From: Phoronis australis
Taxonomy: Eukaryota > Animalia > Phoronida
Direction of reading: 5' to 3'
DNA length: 64,000 nt
NCBI GenBank assembly: GCA_002633005.1
Contig: NMRA01000001.1
Location: forward strand, 901,755 to 965,754
In this document: positions 39,901 through 49,652 of the stretch, piece after piece
How positions within the stretch are numbered: the stretch's first letter is position 1
Layout: every line of letters begins with the position of its first letter
Notes under the pieces: model-generated
Databases searched by the model: none
What the model saw: the letters and a program-made list of their open reading frames with translations, nothing else
What the model was told of the DNA's origin: nothing
Translations under genes and position numbers: made by a program

Positions 39901-40691
39901 AACTGATGTTTTTTAGATCTCGTCTTCAGTGTTTATATGAAAAGAAAGATATCAGGAAGACATTATTGATAATATATTTCTTTCCACTAAAATTTACTAA
40001 AAAGACATGTTCGTGTTATGCAAGCTGTGGCAGATTGATTTTCTATATTTAATTATGCAGGTTTTGACTCGGAACTCTTCCCTAAATAGTTTAACAGTTA
40101 GTTACTGCAAAACCTGTTGTCTAAGACGTAGCTTAACGTTGAAATATAAGGTCATTGCCTAAGATTCTGGGGTGGTTTGCATTGTGGCTTGTAGGAAAGG
40201 CTAGCAATGGTTCGAATATGAAATTTACCACATGTGTAGTAATATTTTTTTCTTTTGTTCAATATTTTTAAGGAATGGCATTTGATTAATAATGTTTTAT
40301 TAACAATGACCAAACATTTCTGTCAAGGCTAATAAATCAGAAAACACAAGCAGTGGTATCTGACCTTGCATGCGAAGAAAGAATATGTACTTTCAAATAT
40401 GAGGCCTTGGTCTTATATTTTGGGTTTTTGTAGTAACTTTTAAATGTTTCAAAAATTCTTTTGCCTGTAAAGTGCTGATTTTACAGTACGATGTTATACC
40501 ATTTTTCTGTTGTCATCAGAGGTCTCTGTCTGTTCTAACATAGAGCTGTGTCTCTTTCAGACTCAGCTGATAACGTTAGTCCACAGAATGAGAAGGGTAT
40601 CCGCCGGCTGTCTCTGAAGAGCAAGAAACCATCTGCACCAAAAGTGCCATCAACGCCACCTGACAGTCCTGTTAGTAAGACAAAAAAGTAG
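787..40691 (+). CDS. RALGAPA1: Ral GTPase-activating protein subunit alpha (RALGAPA1/2 orthologue), multi-exon, 5'-partial
   Basis: 35 GT-AG-bounded exons join in frame. Peptides match remembered RALGAPA1/2 motifs ([91 protein letters not shown]). Single invertebrate-type orthologue, so A1 versus A2 cannot be assigned. Confidence 0.96.
1434..1583 (+). CDS. RALGAPA1: RalGAPalpha exon (NGSES...RNNSYVGAI...[11 protein letters not shown])
   Basis: ttttag acceptor, gtaaga donor; phase 0-0. Confidence 0.9.
1729..1868 (+). CDS. RALGAPA1: RalGAPalpha exon ([12 protein letters not shown]...[13 protein letters not shown])
   Basis: pyrimidine tract plus ag, gtgagt donor; conserved peptide. Confidence 0.93.
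2327..2438 (+). CDS. RALGAPA1: RalGAPalpha exon ([12 protein letters not shown]...GRLATGLFQ)
   Basis: ctgcag acceptor, gtaata donor; conserved peptide. Confidence 0.93.
3904..4026 (+). CDS. RALGAPA1: RalGAPalpha exon ([11 protein letters not shown]...WEELIKEWA)
   Basis: tttcag acceptor, gtgagt donor; conserved peptide. Confidence 0.94.
4830..4962 (+). CDS. RALGAPA1: RalGAPalpha exon ([11 protein letters not shown]...[10 protein letters not shown])
   Basis: ctacag acceptor, gtgcgt donor; conserved peptide. Confidence 0.92.
5540..5692 (+). CDS. RALGAPA1: RalGAPalpha exon ([10 protein letters not shown]...)
   Basis: ctacag acceptor, gtttgc donor (alternative gtaacc donor after 5650); resembles the SFSRGWSR motif; phase 1-1. 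Confidence 0.82.
6326..6466 (+). CDS. RALGAPA1: RalGAPalpha exon (LTRQRSFSG...RSSSDSDL)
   Basis: tttcag acceptor, gtaagc donor; RxRS-type phosphosite motifs; phase 1-1. Confidence 0.87.
7042..7113 (+). CDS. RALGAPA1: Putative RalGAPalpha cassette exon ([24 protein letters not shown])
   Basis: gctaac branch point plus ttttcacttttcacaacag acceptor, gtatgt donor; 72 nt, phase 1-1, open frame. Confidence 0.65.
7425..7583 (+). CDS. RALGAPA1: RalGAPalpha exon ([10 protein letters not shown]...)
   Basis: ctctag acceptor, gtttgt donor; resembles vertebrate EQEVASLTT; phase 1-1. Confidence 0.85.
8770..9324 (+). CDS. RALGAPA1: Large Ser/Asp-rich RalGAPalpha (probably alternative) exon
   Basis: ttttag acceptor, gtattt donor; 555 nt, open, phase 1-1; lies inside the 193-aa ORF 8757-9338. 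Confidence 0.75.
9746..9841 (+). CDS. RALGAPA1: Putative RalGAPalpha cassette exon ([19 protein letters not shown]...)
   Basis: ctatag acceptor, gtaaat donor; 96 nt, phase 1-1, open. Confidence 0.55.
10659..10829 (+). CDS. RALGAPA1: RalGAPalpha exon ([11 protein letters not shown]...[10 protein letters not shown])
   Basis: ttccag acceptor, gtaagt donor; SQTPSP motif; phase 1-1. Confidence 0.88.
11308..11519 (+). CDS. RALGAPA1: RalGAPalpha exon ([11 protein letters not shown]...[12 protein letters not shown])
   Basis: tttcag acceptor, gtatgt donor; highly conserved motif. Confidence 0.93.
11868..11941 (+). repeat. 27-bp direct repeat
   Basis: acaatagaaattatagaacacattgca occurs twice. Confidence 0.8.
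12005..12103 (+). CDS. RALGAPA1: RalGAPalpha exon ([11 protein letters not shown]...[14 protein letters not shown])
   Basis: ttgcag acceptor, gtgagt donor; conserved DNL...PP motif. Confidence 0.92.
12680..12967 (+). CDS. RALGAPA1: RalGAPalpha exon ([20 protein letters not shown]...DFIHAA)
   Basis: ccccag acceptor, gtgtga donor; phase 0-0. Confidence 0.93.
13016..13265. repeat. Inverted repeat (~45-nt arms) enclosing the hammerhead-like motif
   Basis: cgcacaaataaaaaagttcat...tgttcagtcaacgtt (13023-13064) is the reverse complement of aacgttgattgaacatgaacttttttatttgtgcg (13225-13259). Confidence 0.8.
13197..13233 (+). ncRNA. Candidate minimal type-I hammerhead ribozyme motif (Penelope/retrozyme-like)
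   Basis: atc-CTGATGA-T-GTCTA/atgaa/TAGAC-GAAA-CG-TT-gat: intact core, 5-bp stem II, palindromic AACGTT, 3-bp stem I. Confidence 0.5.
13782..13966 (+). CDS. RALGAPA1: RalGAPalpha exon ([18 protein letters not shown]...EPSSPAR)
   Basis: ctttag acceptor, gtatca donor; conserved peptide. Confidence 0.93.
14328..14436 (+). CDS. RALGAPA1: RalGAPalpha exon ([15 protein letters not shown]...[12 protein letters not shown])
   Basis: ctctag acceptor, gtgagt donor; conserved peptide. Confidence 0.93.
15134..15689. mobile_element. TTAA-flanked foldback MITE with ~200-bp imperfect TIRs (Kolobok-like GG termini)
   Basis: TTAA/GGTTAT... and ...ATAACC/TTAA; arms are reverse complements, e.g. gaaaggagaaagatcgaggattct versus agaatcctcgatctttctcctttc. 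Confidence 0.85.
16760..16870 (+). CDS. RALGAPA1: RalGAPalpha exon ([17 protein letters not shown]...LPKKIID)
   Basis: ttacag acceptor, gtaagt donor. Confidence 0.92.
17225..18557. mobile_element. TTAA-flanked non-autonomous DNA transposon (Kolobok-like), related to 15134-15689
   Basis: TTAA/GGTTATCTCAAACCTTATT ... AATAAGGTTTGAGATATCC/TTAA; shares the internal catagcaaaataac...ttttaaatgaaaa...ctgttaggaattt block with the 15.1-kb element. Confidence 0.8.
19059..19127 (+). CDS. RALGAPA1: RalGAPalpha exon ([11 protein letters not shown]...EDNRK)
   Basis: ttgcag acceptor, gtatga donor. Confidence 0.88.
19728..19835 (+). CDS. RALGAPA1: RalGAPalpha exon ([17 protein letters not shown]...LQRVFR)
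   Basis: cgtcag acceptor, gtgagt donor. Confidence 0.92.
19868..19960 (+). pseudogene. Decayed tandem duplicate of the 3' part of exon 19728-19835 plus its donor region (pseudo-exon)
   Basis: Near-identical to 19754-19855, but with a frameshifting deletion giving TGA, no acceptor and a degraded donor. Confidence 0.8.
20397..20648 (+). CDS. RALGAPA1: RalGAPalpha exon (VLSLAVLG...DSIKLAAQA)
   Basis: acccag acceptor, gtgagt donor. Confidence 0.9.
20956..21935 (+). mobile_element. Interspersed repeat with internal ~150-bp subrepeats (Helentron/HINE-like, family uncertain)
   Basis: Internal repeats of atctcctaaacc...ggatctt...atttggcagatg and ccccTAGTGGC; homologous to 32920-33612. Confidence 0.7.
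22269..22472 (+). CDS. RALGAPA1: RalGAPalpha exon ([12 protein letters not shown]...VQFFVLNN)
   Basis: atttag acceptor, gtaagt donor; conserved peptide. Confidence 0.94.
23120..23267 (+). CDS. RALGAPA1: RalGAPalpha exon ([21 protein letters not shown])
   Basis: tttcag acceptor, gtgagt donor; conserved peptide. Confidence 0.94.
23971..23994 (+). CDS. RALGAPA1: Putative 24-nt microexon of RalGAPalpha (VWLDKLRR)
   Basis: ccttgcag acceptor, GAG/gtaaga donor; phase 1-1; upstream UGC motifs. Confidence 0.65.
26447..26613 (+). CDS. RALGAPA1: RalGAPalpha exon (EPQQITEL...ELPVFEN...DNLKD)
   Basis: ttgcag acceptor, gtatgt donor. Confidence 0.88.
27009..27190 (+). CDS. RALGAPA1: RalGAPalpha exon ([12 protein letters not shown]...PLNIPA)
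   Basis: ctttag acceptor, gtgagt donor; conserved peptide. Confidence 0.93.
27533..27712 (+). CDS. RALGAPA1: RalGAPalpha exon (PFQMCRLLL...[10 protein letters not shown])
   Basis: tttcag acceptor, gtattg donor; start of the GAP domain. Confidence 0.94.
27992..28185 (+). repeat. ~105-bp tandem duplication in an intron
   Basis: aatcttga...tct..aggtcaag.gccaacttgg...taatgtactcgac occurs twice. Confidence 0.75.
28316..28439 (+). CDS. RALGAPA1: RalGAPalpha GAP-domain exon ([18 protein letters not shown]...GLGWE)
   Basis: ttttag acceptor, gtatta donor; RapGAP-domain motif. Confidence 0.96.
29319..29477 (+). CDS. RALGAPA1: RalGAPalpha GAP-domain exon (HKGFMGGLQ...[11 protein letters not shown])
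   Basis: ctttag acceptor, gtatga donor; FHVST motif. Confidence 0.96.
29711..30221. mobile_element. hAT-like MITE with CAGG(T/G)CTTGGAAT TIRs
   Basis: caggtcttggaat at 29711 versus attccaagccctg ending at 30221; subterminal ttccgcg repeats; no clear TSD. Confidence 0.65.
30346..30504 (+). CDS. RALGAPA1: RalGAPalpha catalytic exon ([16 protein letters not shown]; asparagine thumb)
   Basis: tttcag acceptor, gtgggt donor; K-LRHLGND catalytic helix of the RapGAP/TSC2/RalGAP family. Confidence 0.97.
30652..30779 (+). CDS. RALGAPA1: RalGAPalpha exon ([12 protein letters not shown]...[10 protein letters not shown])
   Basis: caccag acceptor; U12-like donor GTATCTTTT. Confidence 0.94.
30780..31678 (+). 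other. U12-type (minor spliceosome) GT-AG intron
   Basis: 5' splice site GTATCTTTT (consensus RTATCCTTT); branch TACCTTGAC at 31657-31665 (consensus TTCCTTRAC), with the branch A 14 nt from the intron end; phase 2. Confidence 0.85.
31679..31794 (+). CDS. RALGAPA1: RalGAPalpha exon (FEERAKYI...[15 protein letters not shown])
   Basis: ctgcag acceptor, gtaagt donor; conserved peptide. Confidence 0.94.
32920..33612 (+). mobile_element. Second copy of the 20956-21935 repeat family
   Basis: Shared blocks tagtggcaattttattttttt.tgtttacctctgtatct, gattcaag...ccacctagtggc and aaaccctctgcag.atc.t.attaaattt. Confidence 0.7.
33773..33853 (+). repeat. ~43-bp tandem duplication upstream of an acceptor
   Basis: ttttggttaa...agacttcacctctgacatcactg occurs twice. 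Confidence 0.8.
33874..34008 (+). CDS. RALGAPA1: RalGAPalpha C-terminal tail exon ([13 protein letters not shown]...HSTKR)
   Basis: ttttag acceptor, gtcagt donor; phase 1-1, open. Confidence 0.8.
34570..34640 (+). CDS. RALGAPA1: Candidate alternative terminal exon ([23 protein letters not shown])
   Basis: tgttaac branch plus pyrimidine tract plus gaacag acceptor; in phase with the previous exon; second in-frame acceptor at 34603; UTR-like AT-rich sequence follows. Confidence 0.5.
36256..36315 (-). mobile_element. Possible tRNA-derived SINE head remnant
   Basis: Minus strand reads ...gactctaaagcccaaGTTCAAATCCtgtgctgg (B-box/T-arm-like); no complete cloverleaf. Confidence 0.3.
38345..38800 (+). 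repeat. Old interspersed repeat, copy 1 (homologous to 40960-41400)
   Basis: Shared gaaaaatgtccaaat, gaaat.gta.tttagaaaactgt and aaggtcaaaaatcaaatt blocks. Confidence 0.6.
40561..40691 (+). CDS. RALGAPA1: RalGAPalpha terminal exon (DSADNVSP...[13 protein letters not shown])
   Basis: ctaac branch plus tctctttcag acceptor; stop TAG at 40689-40691; AATAAA at 41702, 41807 and 44018. Confidence 0.82.
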
Positions 40692-40959
40692 TGGTGGTGG
40701 TTGTCAAAAGGTAGTGCTTGCCTTTGATTGGAAGTGGTTTAAAAGATGATCAAAAGGTGGAGCCACCTGGAGCTGTTGTGGCTCCAAGAATACCTGAAGA
40801 AGGATGATGTTTGTTTCGTCAAATGATTTTTGATATACAAAGAACATCTAACCTTGTAGGGCATAGATTTGCTGCTGATCCAAAAGTTTTAACTGTAGAC
40901 ACATGCTAGTTGCACACAGGTCACAGTTTTTGTTTAAACTTAAAAACCAAGTAGTGTCC

Positions 40960-41400
40960 AAGAAAAATGTCCAAATTGGGCTTACTTCGGAACATCATAT
41001 CCCAGTAATGGCTGATGGGTTCATTTGATACTTTCACATACTATGCTTTGTGCACTGTTTTCCCAAATTCTTTTGGGAATTGTTATTAAAAATGTTGCCG
41101 TTTTGCATAAGGGGCTTTCAAAAATAGGACTGTAATGATTTTCACGAAAGGAAATCGTATTTTAGAAAACTGTAGCAAAGTTTTTAAGATCTTATCTTGA
41201 ACATTTATTTAATATAAAACTTGTTGTTTTGCTATCAATGTATCTTTCTTTTTTGCTAAATTCTCCTAAAAGGACATGGTCACATGACCCAATTAATGGC
41301 AGATTAGTAAGGTCAAAAATCAAATTATACAGGCTTTCTTCTTTCACAGTTAAAATCTACAATTGTGTTGACATTTGGCTAAATAGGCAAACTCGTCAGT
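40960..41400 (+). repeat. Old interspersed repeat, copy 2 (in the putative 3'UTR of RalGAPalpha)
   Basis: Same blocks as 38345-38800. Confidence 0.6.
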
Positions 41401-44400
41401 AAGGTTTTAGGTAATCTTAAAAATTTAAATTAATTCTTTTTTGATTTGTCCGTTTTTGTAATATCTTAGCTTGAGGTATTTTTTGTGTGTTCTGGTCGTG
41501 TTCGGATCTTCACTAATACCAGACTACACTTCTTGTTAATGAATAACAGTTAATTAATTGCTAAACTAACAAGTTGGTGAAATCTCTTCATTAGTCGCTT
41601 TCCCATTTGAAGCGAAACTTAGCTTTTACCATGTTTTCGGTAAGTGGGAAAGGTTAACTCCACTGAGTCTGCAAGCGAAACTTGGATGTTGTGTGAACAC
41701 TAATAAAAGGCTTCATTATGGGTAGAGCATCGATATATGATCATGCGAGACTCACAAAACGTGTTCTTTTGTAACATAGCCCACGTTCTCTCAAAAAATG
41801 GACCTAAATAAATGAAGGAAATCATATCTGATGACGAGTGATACTGATCATTTTTATAAACACTAGTAAATGGCAGGCAAACAGTTTCCAGTTAGCCTCG
41901 AACCCACTTCTCCGAATATTTGTTTTGGCGAAGCTTCTGTATGAAATCAAAGTTCCCTTATGGGAAAGCGACCTCAGGCAAGCTTGTTATACTTACAAGA
42001 CCTCTTTTCAATTTGCCATTAAAATTAAGAAACTCCTGGAATTGACCCTGAGCTAACCACAGTGTCTTGGTACAGAAATATAGCAACTAATCTCCCTCCA
42101 GTGCGGAGGTGTGCATGCACTGTATTTATGGAAGCAAAGCATTGCCCTTTATGTCCTCACTCGGGCCAGTGCGATGCCTCACATGGAGTGCTTTTGTCTG
42201 TTCAGCCGGACACCACTTGCCATGAGCAGAGATGTAGTGTCTGTAAAGGGGAAGAGTTTATTAGAATTCAGAAATTAAGCATTTATTTTACACATTTTCC
42301 TTAAGTTATTGACAGCTTGCAAAAGTGTTAGGACAAGGTTAGAGGAGTATTCATTTATATGGTAAATCTTCATTGATCATTTTTACCTGAGGACTGACAT
42401 AGTTTTCTTGGAGGGGGCATGGTCTCACCTGGCATATATTTATCCCTTATTTGTGGCCTGGGACAGCCACTAATCCAAAGGTCGATAAGGTCGTCCAGAT
42501 CTCCCTCCCTCAGGACAAGCCACATATTAGTACAGTTTTGGAAGAATGTAAAGAGCTCCCTGTGTCTACCAAACTTCTCAGACCCCTTTGATTGTGAGCC
42601 TGGATCCACTCGTGTGCTACACAACCTGGATGTAGAATGTCTGATACAAGCACACTTGAGAAGTTGCCAAATTTGATTTTGGCAACTTATGTGTAATATG
42701 TGATGAATTTTAACAGGAATACCATAAAATCTGACAATTAAAGACTCAATATGGCAGGCTAGGGCAATTTTATTTTTTATCTTCTATTAATTTAGAAGCA
42801 ACACCAAACAAATGCTTTTGTCATTTTTAAAGTATTTATTATAGTATAGCTACCCTCAAACAATGTAACGAGAAATTATGAGCATCCACCTGTGTTACTT
42901 ACTACCTTAGAAAAGTGAACAAAGCATTTATTTTTGTCCCAAATTGTTAAGATCTTACCGGTATTCAATTGTTATGGTAAATGCGAGTGTTCTTGGTTCA
43001 CTGTACTTCTAAGTACAGTAGATATTTTAGTTGTCCTTGTACTGGTGTTTGAGGCAGACCGAAAATATGAGAAGCGATTGTTGTCCTGAGGTATAAGTAA
43101 GATCGGTTGTAGTGTGGTGTACAGGCGAAATAGTTTGGCTATATCACAGGGAACTATAGAGGTCACAATGTTGGATGAGTCGTAAGGTTTTTAGGGAGAT
43201 TTTATGGGAGGTTCTGTGGTATTTGTTCTCACTGTCGGGCACAAAAATACAATGGTATGCCATTGTGTTAACCTCTACCAAGGGGAGGGAGACTTTCATT
43301 GGTATTTAGTCACCTCAGCCGAGACGACCATTATTGCAGAATCGGGAATAAGACGCAACTTGGCTGTGACTGAGTGGTCCCACTGTTTTTGCTTGCTTGT
43401 AAGGGAGGGGTGAATTATGTGGAATAGTCCTCCAAACACCCAAAATAATCTGGCAGGTGTGTGACGTTTATCAGTCCTAATGACCCTGTGGTTAAAATGT
43501 TGCGGCAAGGCACTTGGCGTTGCTGTGTGCAATTGTAATTTTAAATTGATTGTGCCTGTGCAGGAATAGGAATTTTACAGTCGTATGAACGTAGTTAATT
43601 GCTAAGCACCGCGTTTGTAAGGAATACGCTTAAGAAAATCACCTTGTCGCACTCTGTGGTGCTCGCTGCCGGCTATAATTATGCTGTCTGTGGATGATTT
43701 TCGGAAACGAAATCTGCATGCGTATTGATGTGGGTCCCTCATACTTAAATTCCTCTCAGGAAATTACCTGCATGTTAGTCGATGTCTTATCTAGTAAGTA
43801 CTCGTGCGTTGGTCGCACCATCATTGATGGAGCACGTGCCATTAGGGGGCAATCAGTGTCGGTGTTCTGTAAAAATGCGGGTGCTCTGTTGTATTGCTAC
43901 CTACATACGTATTTCTCACAGTGAAAGTAGTCGCATTGTGACTTCTATAAATATTAAAAGTCTTGTTTTCACAAGGTGTTCGTTCGAGAAATTGGAAATT
44001 GATGGTTAGGTACTATGAATAAAGATGACGATGACTGCATTTCTGTTAGTTTAGGAAATGATGAAAAAGGATTGAAAGAGTGCGATTTCTTTTAACGAGC
44101 ATTTGATGCTCAGAATAGAATAGGCCTTTTTGTTAAGTATAGTTGTGACTTAACGTCGAACGTTACTAAGATGGTTGTAAAGTGTTTCTGTTGAGGAAAC
44201 TAAAAATTTGCAATATGGTATTGCTTATTACAAGTGTGCACTCGCCTGTTCAGATGCCTTATGTTGGCACTGACTGGGTAATGTTGAAGAAAATACTTGG
44301 TTTTCTTTTTGGTCAAGTTCAGTTCGGTAGCTCAGAAGCCGCTGTTTTTGTTCTGCATTTGTGGTATTTGTAAAGTTGTGGAAACGGCAACGCCGTCTTT

Positions 44401-46220
44401 TTCACTTATGCCAACTCCTGCGCCATCTGTTTGGTAGCTAATACTCGGCTCAAACTATCTTTTTGGCGAAGTTTATAGCGTTCTTGAAGAAGAACAAAGT
44501 TAACCTGTAATCTCTTATGCCTTCACTGAATTGCGAAACTGTGCTCAGAGGAATAAGCTCAACGCGTTATTTGAATCTTGCAGCTTATTTTAATAGTTAA
44601 GCAGTGATTTTACCGGAAACCTCAACGAAAATTTAGCGAACTGTTTAACAGGGTTTGCAATCGCGCGGCTGCTTCGCGCGCTTCCAAAACGACGTTACGT
44701 GCAGCAGTGTTTTGTTTTTGATTTCTTACCGAATGAAAGCGCTTTGGGAGAACTTCTCGATTAGTTATGCTGTGACATTTTCTGTCTATGAAACTTGCTG
44801 TGTTGCAAATGTGCGAATCATGTCTGCTGCCGATGTCAACTAGCGGCTTTTACAATAGATGGGGCTGTAACTTTGTGGTTAATATGCTAGCGGCTCGTTG
44901 AAGTAGTCGACTAGCTGTTGGAATAGGCCTACTTTAAATCATGTACTGTGTATTCGTTTAATGTAATGTGTGTAAATATTCGTTTATTTATTGGCCAATA
45001 TTCAGCTGTATGTTTTATATGTGTAAATAATGTAATATAGATATCAACATGGAACAGTGTCGTCTCTACTTAATTCAATTGGAATTAAAGGTAACTACTG
45101 ACAAGCCCGGCTATTTTTTAGGGAAATTGAAGAAGGTAATTATATGCACAGGCAATTTAAAGAGGTTTTTCATGAATGACGATTTGAATGAAGATTACAC
45201 TGGTGATCATTTATCATCAACCTGACATGAACTCATTAAACAAAATCTGGATGTGATATCGCTGAATACATTTAGATTGAACATATTTAGGGTGTTGTTG
45301 GTTTGAGCTGAAGCGAATTGGCGGGATTCGCAGTAGGCCGTATCGTTGTTTTTCGTTTGTCTGCCGTACAAGGTCTTCGTAGAGCCGCCGTGAGGACGAT
45401 CCTTCAAGGCCGCCTCGCGTTCTATTTGGATATACGGTTACCTTCGGCCTTTGTCGACATTTCAGTTTTTAAGATTCCCTTTTTCCGTGTCGTTTTTAGG
45501 TGGTTTCATGAAAGTTTTAAACGGGTTTGAAGGTGCCCCTTCCCCCATATCGGCAATCTTCATTTACACGGTTCCAGATTTTGATAACCAATTAAATCCC
45601 CGATATTCACTGGAGATAATTGCGTCTCTCAATGCGGGACCTCTGTAAGCGATAATTATCGTACACGGACAATTTCAATAATCGAAAGATGTCACATAAG
45701 TGGCCATTACGTAGATTACAAGCGCTCACCCATCCTTTAATATGGGGGTGCTCGAATCGCTGACCTTTTGCTAACAAAAAAGCGGGAGAACTAAAAAAAG
45801 AAAAACGGGTTACCACCTTCAGGTCTGTGAACTAAGCGTCTGTGCCATTGTAGTGTACTTTTATCTCGTTTTCTCGGACTTTTTGTTTCTCTGAGGCGGA
45901 CCTTTTTATCCACTTTGCCCTCGAGCCCCCCCCCGGGTGCGTGCATGGATTATATTCATGTGTGTATTCGCATTTTGTACTAACGGTGACGTAGAATCGC
46001 CGTGCACTGTGGCGGCTCTTTTGTTGGTACACCATTAGAAATGAAACAACATTATTTGTGAATAAGTTTGTACTGAATTGGTTTATGTTAAAAAAATGAG
46101 CTGTAATTTTTTTAATCGAAATGAATCGGACAAGTATCTTTTAGGAAGTGAGAAAGCGTGGTGCTCGGAAAACTAAACCTGCATTTCGTCGCTGTTCAAT
46201 TGTCGATTTTGAATTCGTAA

Positions 46221-46387
46221 CAGGGGCGAATCCAGGATTTTTAGTTAGGGGGGGGCAGGTCAGAGTATTAGATAGGATTTTGCCCATCAGACATTCGCGT
46301 CCCCGAACTGCCAAATGGAATCAGGGAGAGTTTTAGGATGGAGTCATGCCCACCCCCCCCCCTGGCCTCACTCTAAATCCGTCATTG
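46221..46387. mobile_element. Short MITE with CAGGGGCG...CG(T/C)CA(T/C)TG ends and a 5-bp TSD (CGTAA)
   Basis: cgtaa/caggggcgaatccag ... ctaaatccgtcattg/cgtaa; homologous to 63028-63195. Confidence 0.8.
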
Positions 46388-49349
46388 CGTAACTGAGGCG
46401 CTTTCAGGTTTAAAAACATTACCACGCTGATTCGGTGTAAGTATTGCCGAATGAACGGGCAACTCAGGTCACAGTGCACGCCGGGCCGTTTTCGAATCCG
46501 CAATTATCCCCAATAATCACTGGAACGTTCTCTTGAGTCAATGATCGTTTTGCTGTTGTTGGTTACGGAAATGATATTATATCACGGTAATAAATGTCAC
46601 GAGGCCGAATTTGTTAAAATGTTAAACAGGGAGAAAGTAGATTTAACCGCTGATTATTACCACGTCACATAGGTAATTCCACAAATAAATAACAAAAGTA
46701 TTAGTATATTTATTATTCATAATAATTGTAAAATACTAAGTTACTCGTTGCCATCACTAGTGTTATCCACAAAAATGTTATAATCGTATTTTAAATGACA
46801 TTAAGGTTATGGATTGTTTTGTTTTAATCCCTGTTCGTTACATTTTATCAGTATTTGGACCACTAAAAGCAATAAGAACAACCACTTTGTTGTTATATTG
46901 TACGTGATTTATATTCAGGTCTTCACAAATCAAACACTACAAGGGAAAGCGAGAACATAGAGAACTCACGATGATAACTCTTCATTTTTGTTAGTAGGGG
47001 AATTTATTGAAAGCGGTGTTTGTTTAATTTCGTTTTGCTAAACAACTTGAGCTGAATTATTTGATCAGCCGATGCTTAGTTAAGGAATTCTCTTGGTGTC
47101 AGGGCTTCTGCCTTTTGTCCCTTACACTTGAACGGACTAACATCTGTATGCAAATCAGCTGAGCCAATACATATCGTCTGCTCCATGTCGTCTGCTATTG
47201 TTCGGGAAGCGCTTTATTTACTCAGTACTGCTTGACTAGAACAGAAAACTAAACAAGCTGATTTAACAACACGTAAACTGTGCTGATTTAATTGGAGCAA
47301 ATTCCGAGAATACATGCGTTCTCTGCTTCAATGTTTTTGTCTCCCCGAAATTTCTCTGTCAACCACGCGTAAACGTGACGTCATTATTTCAGGATCTCTG
47401 AACTGTCTCGGGTAGAGATGAGTTCATTGTGACACGGGGTCAATATCTTATGAGAGTCTTCGGTCACTAGCAATTCACCTACTCTTAAGCAAATTGTTTA
47501 CTATGTTCACACATACACGATCAGCGAAGCCTGTAATTTCTTAAGGTGTCGTTATTTGAAGCTCGCCTACTGACAACAAAAGATATAGATGTATACCTAG
47601 TGATGTTTTTCTTTTGTTAATTCGAAGGAAATAATCAGTTTTTAAAACATTAAGATTGTAATGAGTCGACTCAATAATTAAATCGTGTTAGAACCGTCAT
47701 AAACCTTGTTCTGATGTTAAAACGTCAACTTTCTTCACGGACTCTACTCGTCCAAAGTAACGCCGTAGCGTTCTTTTCCTTTGTTTGACATGAAAACGGT
47801 ATCCCCGGAATACCGCTGACTTCCATATTCAGGTCTGTTAGGGTCTGGAACTAACCCGCCGTGACAAGTAACTTAATAAGCCTTCTGTGAAGCAATGACG
47901 ACATGTTAGTTCTTCTCTAGCCTAGAAAATAATCTCTCCTCAAGGTATTGAACACGATGAAACCGATTTTATGATAGTGAGTGCGCCGCCGCACTTTACT
48001 AAAAGATGGGTCCAGATTTGTGCACAAAAGCAATATACAGATATTTATCTAGCAGTGTAATTGAGTTTGTATTCTGCTGACTGATACGTTGTAAAATTGT
48101 GGCTAACAGAAAGTAGCATTCAATTCAGCATAGATAAGCTGACCACAGCCTAACGATGGTTGACGGCTTTCTTGCTCATTACTGCTGGGCGTGTGCGAAC
48201 CAGAGATAATGAGGTGTGCGGGTCTTGCTTTGAAATTTACTAGCCGTGAGCGCGGAATGCTATCAGAAGTTGTTTTGTGACACAAGTCGCAGGTTAACTG
48301 CCCTATATAAGAAATGAGAATTTTAAAACGATCTCGTTTTACACTTCTGATTTGTTTTACAAGTCACCCAGTGATTATCGTTTTACCTTGGGGTGCCCGT
48401 TAATTGAGGGATGATGCAGGGTGATTATAGGACATTGTTGATTTTACGCAAGAACAGAAATGCAAAAACACAGACTTCAGGAAGTTACAAGTTTTGACCC
48501 GAGTTGGCAGCCGGTGACCGTCAACTAAGTACCCTTAAAATTCCGTCATTTCTCGGTTGGCATTTATAGCTGAGTAAGCGGAGCGTTTGGCTTCGAGCGA
48601 GAATCCGCACTGGGGCTCCAGCAAATCATTTTCCTCGCCGATAATGCCTTTTTGAAGCGAACAAAACATGAACTCAGGCAGGTGGCGCACCGTCCGATTA
48701 TTTGTAATGCCTAGTGGTTCGTACCATGGATTGTACGACACCCCTTGTTAGTCGCGATGACTGGATACGGCACGCACACATGCCATGAACAATAGACCGT
48801 CATCACCTCCTTATAGATAACATCATCAGGGATACCTTCCTAGCGAAATTAGTGTTGCCGAATCTCTTTATTTGCCCCATTAGAAAGTACTCAAAGAGTG
48901 CACACGCTATTCTACTGTACACAATTTCACTGACAACTTCAGGGAGTCCCAAAAACGTACTCACTCTTCAAATGACAATAACTGCGTTGTTATTGACTTA
49001 AGGAACAGGATTACTGGTTTAAATTCATAAAAAGGTAATACATGTATTGTTTATTAACTTGGGAAGGAGATTAATTGTCTTTGCACTTCCTTCGCCTTAA
49101 GCGTAATTCGGACAGTAATAGTTAGCATTGCACGATAAATTTGCGTTTTAATTCTCTAAAACTGAGTCGTTTGTTTGTCATGCCTGTATAGACAAAGCAC
49201 GTGACGGCTCACGCGCCTACTGTCACAGCCAAATGTAGTCCCAAGGACAGAATCCGATCCACGGAAACTGAATTTGAGCTTTTGGCGTTGTACTGAAGTC
49301 GTGAGTACATCTTTAAAACACCTTTTATATGTGCGTTAACACGTATGGA

Positions 49350-49400
49350 ATTAATAGTAATAATGCTAATAATAACAACAACAATAACAATAAGAATAAC

Positions 49401-49434
<34 letters not shown>

Positions 49435-49473
49435 GTAGTAGTAGTAATAATAATAATAATAATAATAGTAGTA

Positions 49474-49506
<33 letters not shown>

Positions 49507-49530
49507 GTAGTAGTAGTAGTAGTAGTAGTA

Positions 49531-49570
<40 letters not shown>

Positions 49571-49652
49571 CAACAACCACAATAACAATAACAACAGCAA
49601 TAGCAACTGTAATTGTAATAGTAATAGTATTAATAATAGCAATAATAGTAAT
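49350..49652. repeat. Compound (AAT)n/(AGT)n/(AAC)n microsatellite
   Basis: Directly visible trinucleotide runs. Confidence 0.97.
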
